From the human T2T-CHM13v2.0 reference genome, Homo sapiens: a stretch of DNA of 64,000 bases. The notes under the pieces were generated by a model. It searched no databases and was not told the DNA's origin. It saw only the letters and a program-made list of their open reading frames with translations. Where the stretch lies: the NCBI RefSeq assembly GCF_009914755.1, contig NC_060935.1. The stretch is one strand, 5' to 3'. Position numbers and translations under genes: made by a program. Shown piece after piece: positions 1 through 11,811 of the stretch. How positions within the stretch are numbered: the first letter of the stretch is position 1; every line of letters begins with the position of its first letter.

Positions 1-14
1 TTTCAGTCACTGAT

Positions 15-98
15 TTTACGAACCCAGAGACATGAAGCAGTAACCAAATGTTACACAGCAAGTGGGTACAAAGCTGTGATATGGAGTCTCTGACTTTG
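15..98 (-). mobile_element. MIR fragment (highly diverged)
   Basis: aacccagaga...ttacacagcaagt...gagtctctgact resembles the reverse complement of the MIR core. Confidence 0.4.
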
Positions 99-504
99 TA
101 TTAAACTGTACAGGCCTTTGTATTAAATCATAATTTATATTCCACCTATTTCCTAAAATAATTTGTAGCAGTTTTTAATAAAATGCATATAAACAGCATC
201 ATAAATATCATGAGGTAGCACAGGATAGTGCCCATCCGGTCATTGCTTAATGACCTACTTTTTTCTAATTTACTCTACTTTGGGGCTATCAGGCTGCTAG
301 TAAAAGGTTGCAGAACTCATTCTTCAATAAGCTGCATAGCTTGGAGGAAATAGACAAAATGCAATTTAGTTAGAGTTTATTTTATACTTGGGATACCTAC
401 CCTGCCCTCACTCTCATTTAGTTTTGCCTGTAAAGTCAAAATAACTAATTAGTAAGATCAGTTTCATCCAATGAAATGTCCTCTTTCTTTTTTCTTAAAA
501 ATGA

Positions 505-540
505 TGTGTGTGTATGTGTGTGTGTGTGTGTGTATGTATG
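505..540. repeat. (TG)n microsatellite
   Basis: direct reading. Confidence 0.95.
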
Positions 541-1391
541 TTTTAATTACATCAAGCATAAGGTAAATTTAAACATATTCAAAAACCCTTACAGTTCAAT
601 GGGAAGAAAAGATGCTGGACCTCAGTTTCTCCAGCAGTACTATAGATTACCAGTCAGTGATGGCTCTCGTCCTTTACTTCCTTGAGTGAAAGTCCTGTGA
701 GTGAGAATTCAGCAGACAGGCACACATAAGTTCAGTTACAGTTCTGCTCTATCCTTGGGATTCCCTGGCTTCACCTGCCTTTTTGATAAGTGATGCTAGT
801 GTGATCTTATTTTATTCAAATAATTCACTTTCTCTTAAGAAACATATGCTTCATTTTATCTCTTCTACTTTCTAGGTGCTGTTCTCAGTAGTTCTAAAGA
901 AAACATTTTGAGTACTGTCTATAACTTTATGTAGATATGTTACATTTGTTATTGGTTTTAGGAAAATCTCTAAATATCTGTGACTGTTACCAAACTTCTC
1001 TAGACCGCCTTTCATCAGTTCCCTTTATGTTCTTTCTTGCCGATACTCTGAGTACAATATCTTCCCTCTTCAGCAGCTTTCAGCCCTTCTCACTCCTCTC
1101 TGCTCAACTTTTAATCTTCTGTTTTCATCTTGCACTTATTCTTTCCAAGTAAAATACGTATCTCAATCTGCGATTTAAAAGTCCATAGGATTTGAAGTAA
1201 AATAGAGATATATTCCTTGCTGAGTGCATTTTCTCCAAAATTAATATTTGGAGCCTTAAAGTAAGAAGCCCTTTTAAAAAACAAAGTGCATAGTCAAAAG
1301 GTGCAAATTCAATTATAAGTCATTGTATTAGTAGCCTAAATAAGAAAGGGTATATTTAACATAGGTTTGAAGACATAATGGATTTTCTTGG

Positions 1392-1791
1392 TGCTAGATA
1401 CTAAATTATACCCCCTCCCCACCACTAAATTCGTATATTGAGGCCCCTAATCCCAATGTGAATTTACTTGAAAATGCGGTCTTTGAGAGATAATTTAGGT
1501 TTTGATGAGGTCATGATTGCAGAGCCATCATGATGGGAAAAGTCCACATATAAGAAAAGAATGAGACATCAGAGTTATCTCTCTGTGCAAGCACAAAGGA
1601 AAGGCCATGATAGGATGGAGAGAGAAAGCATCCATCTGCAACTTTATGGAGAGAGCTCTCACTGGACTCTGGCCTTACTGGCACCTTGATCTTGGACTTG
1701 TTGTCTCAAGAACTGTAAGAAAATAAATTTAGGTTATTTAAGGCACTCAGGCTATGTTATTTTGTTATGGCTGCCCAAGTTGAATAAGCCA
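1392..1791 (+). mobile_element. MaLR solo LTR, MLT1A/MLT1A0-like
   Basis: TG...CA termini; gatgaggtcatga, ggcaccttgatcttggact and aataaa motifs; intact 5-bp TSD cttgg at 1387-1391 and 1792-1796. Confidence 0.9.
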
Positions 1792-1840
1792 CTTGGTATA
1801 CCATCTGTAAGTTTCATTTAGGACAGGAAGGATGATCATG

Positions 1841-1968
1841 AGTTTAGGAACCAGAGTTCTCTGTAAAATTCTCAGCTTCATTACTTATTCAGTGAGAACT
1901 TAAGCAAAGTATTTAATTTTTCTTAGTTTTATTTTTCTTTATTATTAAGAGTAGGTAAGAATACATCT
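1841..1968 (+). mobile_element. MIR fragment
   Basis: ggaaccaga...cagcttcattactta...gcaaagtatttaa resembles the MIR core. Confidence 0.5.
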
Positions 1969-2199
1969 TCAATATGGAAAGACATAATTTTGGGGCTGCA
2001 GTAAGGTCTATGTACAGATGAGTTTTTAAAAATCATCTAGGTGTAGATTTGGAGATTCTTTCCAGTCTTCACCTGGCACTCACTTGGAAAACTGACATGA
2101 ACGTGTGGGGCCAAAGGGCTATGCTGTAGTATGAACATGTTCCACAGTGATTAGCACTGGAAGTGAGCAAGTAGGGATGAGGTTTGAAATACAGACAAC

Positions 2200-2595
2200 C
2201 AGAACTTACTCTTTGGAAAGTTTATTCAAATTCATAGATCATACATGAAAGAAATTTGACAGAAATATTCCCAAATTTGAAAACAATCTCCAAAGTTACT
2301 TCACATTACCAAATTCAAGGTTAAAAAATATCCATACAATTAATAATAAAATCATGTTTTAATAAACCATGTAAAAGAAAAATTTAGTTACTTTTATATA
2401 AGACCTATAGAAAACAATTTTTTCGAACTTTTATCAATGAGGAGCTAATCAAACTATACAGTTAAGTAATATATGTAAATGTGTTATAGAAACATGTGAG
2501 GCATGGCCTAATAATATGTGTTTTTTTTTAATTGCATGGTATTTGTAGTGTTTTTACTTTTTACTAATTTTTAATTTGTCTGATTTCCTTTGGAA
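2200..2595 (+). mobile_element. hAT-Tip100 DNA transposon fossil (Zaphod-like), transposase C-terminal region
   Basis: gaaagaaatttgacagaaatattcccaaatttg translates ERNLTEIFPNL, followed by decayed hAT dimerisation-domain-like sequence. Confidence 0.6.
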
Positions 2596-2599
2596 TTTT

Positions 2600-3630
2600 T
2601 CTTTTTATTTTTAGTGAACATATAATAATTATACATATTTATGGGATACAGAGTGGTATTTCCATACATGTATATAATGTGTAATGATCAAATCAGAGTA
2701 ATTAGCATATTTGTCACCCCAAAGATTTATCATTTCTGTTTGTTGTGAATATTCAAAATCCTCTATTTTAACTTTTTGAAAATATGTAATAAATTGTTAT
2801 TATCCACTTTTACCCTACGGTGCTATAGAATATTAGAATTTATTTCTCCTACTAGCCAACCTCTCCTTATCCTTCCCTCCCATGACCCTTCCCAGCCTCC
2901 AGTAACCACAATTCCACTCTACTTCTTTGAGCTCATTTTTTTTAGCTCCCTCATATGAGTAAGAATACGTGCTATTTGTCTTTCCTATGCCTGACTTATT
3001 TCACTTAACATAATGCCACCCAGCAGGTCTCATCCATATTATCATGAATAACAGGATTTCATCTTCTATGGTTGAATAGTATTCTACTGTGTGTGTGTGT
3101 GTGCATGCACCACTTTTCCTTTATCTATTTATCTGTTAATAAACATGTAGATTGATTCCATGACTTTGCTACTGTGAATAAAGCTGAAGTAAATATGGGG
3201 GTACAGGTATTTCATCTATCTCATTGATGTACTGATTTCCCTTCCTTTGAATAAATACTCATTTGTTAGATTGCTGGATTTTATAGTAGTTCCATTTTTA
3301 GTTTTTTGAGAAACCTCCATACCATTTTCTATAATGGCTGTACTAATTTACCTTCCCACCAACAGTATGTAAGACTTCCCCTTTCTTTGAATTCTTTGAA
3401 GCATTTGTTATTTTTTGGCTTTTTGATAATAGCCATTTTAGTAGGGTGAAATAATATCTCATTGTGGTTTCGATTTGCATTTTCCTAATGATTAGTGTTA
3501 TTATTCCATTTAGTTCTGGTCTAGTCTTTATTATTTCTTTCCTTCTACTAATTTTGGATTTGATTTGTTCCTGCTTTTCTAGTTCTTAAAGGTACATTTT
3601 TGGGTTGTTTATTTGACATTTTTCTACTTA
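2600..3630 (-). mobile_element. L1MA-type LINE-1 3' end fused at ~3500 to a far-upstream ORF2 segment
   Basis: L1MA 3' UTR (gtaatgatcaaatcagagtaattagcata) runs to ctaatgattagtg, then jumps to ttagttctggtctag...tttgatttgttc (post-endonuclease ORF2). Confidence 0.85.
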
Positions 3631-4196
3631 CTTACTAATTTTAAACAGACTTTCAGTTGGATTCTCAACTCAAGTGTTTTGCAACATTTCACTCATTAAA
3701 TTTGGATCCACTCCTTTTTATGAAACCCTATTATTAGGAGTCATTAAATCTAGAAATTCACAAAATTGACAAGGGAATAACAAAAAGAGTTAGGTATACA
3801 TGATCACTCCAACATTTTTCATCCTTCTAGCAATTTCATTTATTTAAAAATACATACAATTCTTCCAATTTCCCTCCCAAACCACACCTCAAGGATATAT
3901 AAACATGTGCATTGCCTAATCTTTAGAATGGATATGCAGAAAAAAGATTTGATAAATCTGCCAAGAAAACAAATGAAATTCTTCAAACCATGGTCTGGAA
4001 ATATTTTCCCTCTACTACATTGCTGTGGTTAGTTGAAACAGATTTTGTTTTGTTTTGTTGATTAGTAAGATTAGTTAGTAAAGTTTTTGGCCCATTAGTT
4101 TCTGAAGCTTCCTCTGCTTCACACCTGCCAGTAGTAGATTCCTCAAAGCAGAGCCTGTGTTTTAAATCTTCAGTGAAACTTTCCATATCCTTTCTT

Positions 4197-4350
4197 TTTT
4201 TTTTTTTTAATTTTTCATTATACTACAAGTTCTGGGAAAAATGTGCAGAACATGCAGGTTTGTTAATAGGTATACACATGCCATGGTGGTTTGCTGAACC
4301 CATCAACCCATCATCTACATTAGATATTTCTCCTAATGCTCTCCCTCCCC
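4197..4350 (-). mobile_element. Severely 5'-truncated L1PA 3' end (~150 bp)
   Basis: poly-T, gtgcagaacatgcaggtttgtt...ccatggtggtttgctg; TSD tccatat(c/a)ctttctt at 4182-4196 and 4351-4365. Confidence 0.92.
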
Positions 4351-5279
4351 TCCATATACTTTCTTATAGTGCTCATCTATTTCTCCTCTAGAACCTTAGT
4401 GTTTTATATCACTGTGGCCATTCTCAAATGGCTGTAAATGTTCATATAATTCTGTCTTTCAGTATTCACTAGTAGTCTTTCAAGGGCAATAAATATTGCC
4501 CTGCAAACTTAGGTAGTCACAGCCCTTAAGACATAAGGGGTACTCAAGCATTTGTTTGCTCAACTGGATTGTTGAAAAGTCATCCAAATTTGGTAAGACC
4601 AGCAGTGTCATTCAAGATGAATACTTGTCAAGACAGATCAGGTTGGAAACAGATAGGAAGGATTTAAAAAGTGAAAGTGTGTGAGCAAGTAAAGCCGCAA
4701 AAGCAAATTATGCTCACACGTTTTGCAGTGTAAAGTGCTGTAATTTTGAAGTGAAAGGTTTCCATGACCACCACTGTGGTAATTGGCATTAGCACTGCAT
4801 ATTCCTGGCAATTTAAGGGAAAATTACTACCTTGGTTCATACTCCTACTGTGATTATTTAAATACTGAGCTCTCTCTCATGATTTAGGTCTATTAGTCCC
4901 CCAAAATAGTTTAAGCTATTTTAGTAGAACATTTTTTCTTTTTTTACTTTTAATCTTTTTTATCTTAATAGTCCACCACTCCTGCCTTTTAAATGAGTTT
5001 TTCAGAATCTGATAGAAAACCCAACATCTCATACAATGTTTATTCTCAAAAAGGCATATGATGTTCTACTGCATATAAAGTCACCTTGTCATGTTATGCC
5101 TGTCCCTTGAAACTACTGCATAGTAGGAGAAATTGTGTTACCTCCCTAGGACATCAGACTCAAATAATTTTTTCTATAAGTAAAATCATGTTTTAATCTT
5201 TATGTGTAAATTGCTGCATTAACCAGCAAAACTGGGTGTTTAGATACCTAACTAAATTGTGAGAATACGTTTGGGATGG

Positions 5280-5770
5280 TGTTACCCACACAGCAGGTAG
5301 ATTTGATCCCTTGGTGGGTGTCACTCCAATGACCACAGCCAAGAAGGATTTAAGAAGGGTATTTGATTACTTGCAACAAGTCAGGAGGACACCAGAGGTA
5401 GTCCTCAAAGCAGTGCCTCCCCACACCAAGAAGAAAGCAGGGATACTACTGGGCTGATTAGCTGAGTCATTGCATGTAGAGGTGGAGTAAAAGCAGTGCA
5501 GGTGCTGTCATTGATCATGCTTCAACATACATCCCATGTATAGAAAATGGCAAATCAGCTCCTCCCTGGGTGAGGTGTTTAATATGGTAACAAGGAGAGT
5601 TCACTAAATTTCATTTCCAACTCAGGCATCTCTGGATCCAACCAATTTTTGTTTTTCCATGGGTGAGCTTGGAAAAGGCTGAGCTTGGAAATAAGAATTC
5701 AAGGTGTAATAATTACAAGTGGGTACTTTTTCACGGTGTGTAACCAAAAACTTAGGGACTATGAGTTACA
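5280..5770 (-). mobile_element. ERV solo LTR (subfamily uncertain)
   Basis: tgttacc...gttaca termini (TG..CA), ~490 bp, GC-richer than flanks, LTR-like layout. Confidence 0.65.
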
Positions 5771-5808
5771 ACAATATGACTTAAAATATAAATATAAGCC
5801 ATATGGGA

Positions 5809-5839
<31 letters not shown>

Positions 5840-5856
5840 TACATATACATATCCAC

Positions 5857-5951
<95 letters not shown>

Positions 5952-6011
5952 ATCGCCACAAGGGGATATATATATATCGCCACAAGGGGATATATATATA
6001 TATCCACAAGG
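5809..6011. repeat. (TA)n microsatellite with embedded ccacaagg units
   Basis: direct reading. Confidence 0.95.
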
Positions 6012-6740
6012 AGGGATCCTTGGGAATACCTTAAAATTACAGAATAAAAGTATTTATTAATTTTAAGCTGATTGCTTTATTTTCTTCCTGTGGCTATGAA
6101 TAAGAATACACACCTACAGACATATATGTATATTCATATATATCTGACAAAAAAGTATTATAAATATAAACTAAACATAGATGTCTATAAGCAAAAATAT
6201 TATTAATAAGATACATTGAGAGAACCTGGAATTAGAGTACACTATGAAGAACAAAAGAAATGGAGTAAGTTTTGACGACCCAAAGACAGAGGCTGTCATT
6301 GTCCTTCTAAGCTAAAACTGAGGTCAAACAAGTGAGCTATGGGACTGTGGATTGAGAGTGCTATTTTATAGATTGTGTAGATAAAGTTCACAAGAAAGAG
6401 CAATGTCTGGCTAATGATTGGAAGAGACTGCTCAATATCAGTTTGCCATAGACACAAGAAAGATGTTTTCAAATATGATTTAATCTCTATTATATGAAGA
6501 AATTATTTAATCAGGTTCACTATATAAAATTTGCCACTCAATTACAATTTTGATCTGGAAAGGGGAACTGAAGGATTATAGACCAATAGTGGAGTCTTAT
6601 TTGAATAAATTATTGTATTTCCCATTGAAGTTTTTGTTGTCTTTTAAAAATGGCATTCAATCTATTTCAGTGTATATTAACAGAGTGTGAAAGGAAGGAA
6701 GTTAATATATATCTACCTCTGAAGTATCAATAACTTTCTT

Positions 6741-7040
6741 TCTTTTTTTTTTTTTTTTTTTTTTTGAGACAGAGTCTCACTCTGTTGCCCAGGATGGTTG
6801 ACGCAATCTCGGCTCACTGCAAGCTCCACCTCCCGAGTCCACGCCATTCTCCTGCCTCAGCCTCCCGAGTGGCTGGGACTACAGGCCCTCGCCACCACGC
6901 CTGGCTAATTTTTTGTATTTTTAGTAGAGACGGGGTTTCACCTTGTTAGCCAGGAGGTTCTGGATCTCCTGACCTCGTGATTTGCCCACCTTGGCCTCCC
7001 AAAGTGCTGGGATTATAGGCGTGAGCCACCACGCCCAGCC
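6741..7040 (-). mobile_element. AluY-like SINE
   Basis: poly-T, gcaagctccacctcccg, cacgccattctcc, ttagccagga, cctgacctcgtgat; TSD aataactttctt at 6729-6740 and 7041-7052. Confidence 0.95.
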
Positions 7041-7701
7041 AATAACTTTCTTAAATACAAATTACCTTATTATTGAATTCCCTTACCAACTTTTTTTTTT
7101 TAACACAGAATATTTACCACATAAAGATGAGGAACAACTGCCTTCTCTCCCACCATCTAGTGGGAGGCCTGAACCATTTCTCCTTATCTCCTTATCTAGT
7201 ATCACCACAAATTCTCTGACATGGGGGAAATTGTCTTGGAAAACTTAATTTCCATACTAGGGAAATGGCAGATTCCCTTTATAGTCATGGCGTCTCATTC
7301 AATAGAAAATAACGGTTTTAGTTATGTGACAAAGACTGTGGTATATGTCTTTTCACTCTACTAGAAAGTGAAAAAATGAATTTGTCTCTCAAATGTTTTA
7401 CTTATTAATTAATATGTTTTTCTGTAATCAAAACATTCAGAAAAACATGTCCTGGTTTTACCCTGAAAATTCTAGCAATTTAAATGCAAATAGTACACGT
7501 GATTCCCTGTGTCTCAAAGGTTTCCACTGGTGCTCTGTTGTCTATTAGATTACATACAAACCACTAATCAAATAAGCCAGTTGTAAAAAATAATGCACAG
7601 ACTTAGAAACCCAATAATTCAGAATGAGTGGAGTAAGGACAAAGAGAAGCTAATTAAGGAGAAGATTCTATCCTGAATCTTCATTAGAAGTCAGTTACCC
7701 C

Positions 7702-8016
<315 letters not shown>

Positions 8017-8490
8017 TTACCTGGACATCTCCATTTCCTTCAGACCGTTTGGCTCACCCACTTTATAATTTTTAGTGCAATTATTCTTAAGACTTTTTCA
8101 CTTACATAATAGAAAACGGGACAATGTTTCTAGTATACCTTGACATTTTGAAGGAGTTTGTATTTTCTATAATTTTTCACTTCTGATATAGTCTTGATAC
8201 CTGCCTGGTATCTGACTTCTTAAGCAACTGTCTCTTCCATTCCAAGTTTGTGAGCTAGACAGAAGCCTATATCAACAGTTTGAGTCAACAGAAGCAATAT
8301 ATTGTTACATATTACAGCTATAAAATTACAAAATTTAGTTTTAGCAATCTTTATTCCTAAAAGCCTCTCAACACTTTTTCCTATAGAGACACCACCTACA
8401 GTCCTCTAATTTGATTGCATTCTCCGCTTTCCTTGACTTCTGCCCTTTTTCTAACTCAAATTTATATCCATTTCTACAAAAGCATGTTAA

Positions 8491-8768
8491 TTTTTTTTTT
8501 CAGGTTAAAATTTTTCAAATACTTTATTTAGTTTGGAATATTTTTAAAAAATAACAGAAAAATTTCCATGACAAATTCAGCAACAGTGCCAATGCTGCGT
8601 TTCCAGGAATTTATCCATTTCTTCTAGTTTATCCAATCTATTGGTGTATGATGGTTCACAGAAGTCTTTTATGATCCTTTGTATTTCTGTGGTATCAATT
8701 GTGATATCTCTTCTTTAATTTATGGTTTTATTTATTTGAGTCTTCTCTTTTTTTCTAAAAAATAGTCT
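8491..8768 (-). mobile_element. Chimeric retrocopy: internal L1 ORF2 fragment (8600-8768) + non-L1 3' segment + poly(A)
   Basis: 14-bp perfect TSD aaagcatgttaatt (8479-8492, 8769-8782); T10 at 8491-8500; tttatt (AATAAA on minus strand) at 8523-8528. Confidence 0.8.
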
Positions 8769-9808
8769 AAAGCATGTTAATTATCTCCATGTGGTGCTTT
8801 GACTTACCTCAAGGTAGCTGCTTTGAAATATCTAAGAAAATTTTCATTAGCTATCTGATTTTAATTGAATCCTTTAAAGTTGTGATAGTATCACCATATT
8901 AAAACTCAGCCAAGGACATTGTCCACATATTTTAAAAATACATTTTAGTCAATTAGAGATACATATAACATTCTCATAAATACTACTTAACTATAAAAAT
9001 TGATATATGTCATTCTACCTAGATCTTAAAAATATTTCCTAGCATTCCTCTACCAATCTGATTACAGAAGACAGCAGACCTAATATTGAAATCTTGGAAC
9101 TTCCCTTTAAATAGGATCCATAATTATCATAAAGAGAAAAAAAGGTGTGACAAACTTGCCTTATTGACAGAATAAGGCAGTAGAAAGTTAGATATATCTA
9201 TTTCTATGTAGCCTTATTAAGGGCAAATTAATTATAGTGACAATTAAATGTATTGTGATGATGACAGGTGCTATGTAATTAAACCCTAAGCTCAAATTAT
9301 TAGAAGTATGACAGGTGCTAAGCAGAGAAACATTAAGCAAAGCCTCAAAATTATCTCCTTTAGTTTAATCCTGAGTTCATAAGTTTTTTTTTTTCTCTTT
9401 TTTTTTAAGGTCAATGAATCAAAGGCATGCCCATAGATTGCTTTTCTCTACCACTCGTTTACTGGCTAACAATAAAACAGCAGTCCCTTTTTCAAGGTCA
9501 CACCACTGAATATTTTCTCCATTTATGTGTATATTTAACATATTTCTAAATATAAAGTATTAGGTTTCATTTCTTAACAACACTATTTGCATGAGTAAAA
9601 CCACCAAGTACAAAGCAATATTAAGCTTGGGAGATGCCAAGAGAGAAGCAACAAAGATAAACAAATGAATTTACTTCCTTATTGTGTACTTCAAGCCAGT
9701 CAAGTTTTAAATTTGCTTTACCATCAACAAAATATGGGTTATCTCATTCTCATGAATTTGTTTAATATATTTCCTGCCTCAGCATTCATTTTTAGGCCTA
9801 ACATGAGT

Positions 9809-10372
9809 TGTCTGAAACTCAGTCATACCTTATCATCTTTGGCCTAGTTAAAACTTCCTCTCCCCATGTGGTGTGATTGACACATAACCCACTTGTTCCT
9901 TAACCCACAGACCCAAAGCCCAACAGATCTCACAGGTGTTGACCACGGTAAAACCTAATGGTTTATGCCAGAGTCATGTAAATAAGTATCCACCCCTGCA
10001 CTTTTTTTTAAACGAACCTATCTTCAACCCCCCTGGGAAAGCTTAAGGGATAACGCCACGTACCTTAATAAAGACATAGTTGTACAGGTCTTTCCTCTCT
10101 CATGTTTGCCACCCACTGGTTGAGCTCTCAGCCTCCTGCAGATTTCCTGTCAGCCCTCTACTGGCACCCCTATATCCTCTCTGGGATCTGTAAGTAACAA
10201 ACATATGCTATTTTATACATTTTTGTTTTAACTCCTCATTGTGTCTCACCTGAACCTAAATTTCCCCCAATCAGGGCTGTCCTAGAGAATGGCTACGTTG
10301 GCTTATGGCCATTCTTCACAGAGAGACATCAAGCACCAATTGGAAAGAAACCATAAGAAACAAAATCATAAT
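9809..10372 (+). mobile_element. ERV solo LTR, probably ERVL class (subfamily uncertain)
   Basis: ~560-bp GC-richer block with TATA-like taataaa, poly(A)-like gtaacaaa and an LTR-like U5 end. Confidence 0.6.
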
Positions 10373-10394
10373 AATCATTTTACTCATAATATTT

Positions 10395-10672
10395 TTGTAT
10401 AACAAATATTCATTGAGCATTGAATCTTTGTACGATATAATCCTAGGTATTTGGGACATAATGATGAAAAAGACAGAGAAAAATACCCACTGTCATGGAG
10501 AATATATTTTAGTAGAAAAACAATTAAATGAATTTGAATGAATTCAAACAAGAAGTACTATGAAGAAAAATAAAGCATGATAAATGGGTGAACAGTGCTA
10601 TTTCACATAAGGTGATCAGGAAATGGCCCTCTGAGGAAGTAGCATGTGAACAGAGTCTTTAATGAAATGAGG
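10395..10672 (-). mobile_element. L2 fragment
   Basis: aacaaatattcattgagca...ctaggtatttggga...tcaggaaa...ctctgaggaagt match the reverse complement of the L2 3' region. Confidence 0.75.
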
Positions 10673-11811
10673 TTGAACTGTAATTACAGGTTAAAGGAGC
10701 TTTGGGAATTGTAATACAGATAGACACATATGTGTCTATATATATACAGATTTATATGTGTATATGTATATTTACACAGAATCACACAAATACCACCTTC
10801 CTACTATTAGCTAAAATATCCCAAAAAGTGATAAGTGTCAGCTTTGTCCATGCTATGATGGCCCAAAATATAGTCCAAAAAGTCAGCTCAGAAAACTTTT
10901 TGGATTGGTAAGGTTTTCTGGCTTCTGGAACATTTTAGAGACCCTATCACAAAACAAACAAACAAAAAACCCAAAACCAAAAAAATAAAAATCAGAAACC
11001 ACAATCTCTGACATTCTTTCCAGCCATGACACAAAAATAAGTTGCAGTAAGAGCATGGAAATTGTCTTTTTTCCTTCTACTAACTTGGTTAGATGGTTAG
11101 CTAGTGACAGCCCATGGCAGTACATAAATAAGGTAGAAATTGTCTATATATATTACAGATCTCTGTTCCAGATGTAAGGGCAAGGAGGGGAGGTTTGCCA
11201 GAAATCTATTCACCATTGCTGCTCTGTAAAATAAACTTGATGCCAATGCTGCTTCTCAAGAAATTTTTTTAAATGACTCATTTTATATATATTCCAAAAT
11301 AAATGCTTGATAAATATTTGATGAATGAGCAATCAAAGATCAGTTTTCATGATAGTCCTCCTGCTGAATATATAAGAAACTACTAGTAAATTATATTCAA
11401 AAAGCTCACTACAACTGCTGATAGAGGATCCAATCTAAGCCTTTAATTTGTCAGAAAAGTCCAGGCAAGAAAAACAGTCCACTGTAGTTGAGACAAAAAC
11501 ACACACTCAGGATGTGCCACAACATTGGTATCACAGTTCTATGCATCCATGCAGTTTCAAATAAGCATGCAGTGGTCAATAAGCTCTTGTCCCTTTTCTG
11601 GAACAAATGTGGAACATTTTAACTAGATCCCTGAGCCTACAAACCCATGACAGCAGTGAAATAAATAAATTGGCTCAGATGAGAATTATAATATAATCAT
11701 CCCTTATTCATTGAAAATCCTTTCCCATTTTATGGTATTTAATAGATGCATTTTTGCCATTTCTCTTCTCACAAAATAGAAAATTAATTTAGAAGGATAT
11801 AGTCAATTCTG

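Noticed and set aside
5851-6011. Repeat-spacer pattern resembling CRISPR
   Set aside because: Eukaryotic DNA; the spacers are TA runs, not unique sequences, and no cas genes are present.
5685-6060. Overlapping Y/I-rich ORFs on both strands (also 48234-48547, 28390-28630)
   Set aside because: Translations of TA/CA/GA microsatellites.
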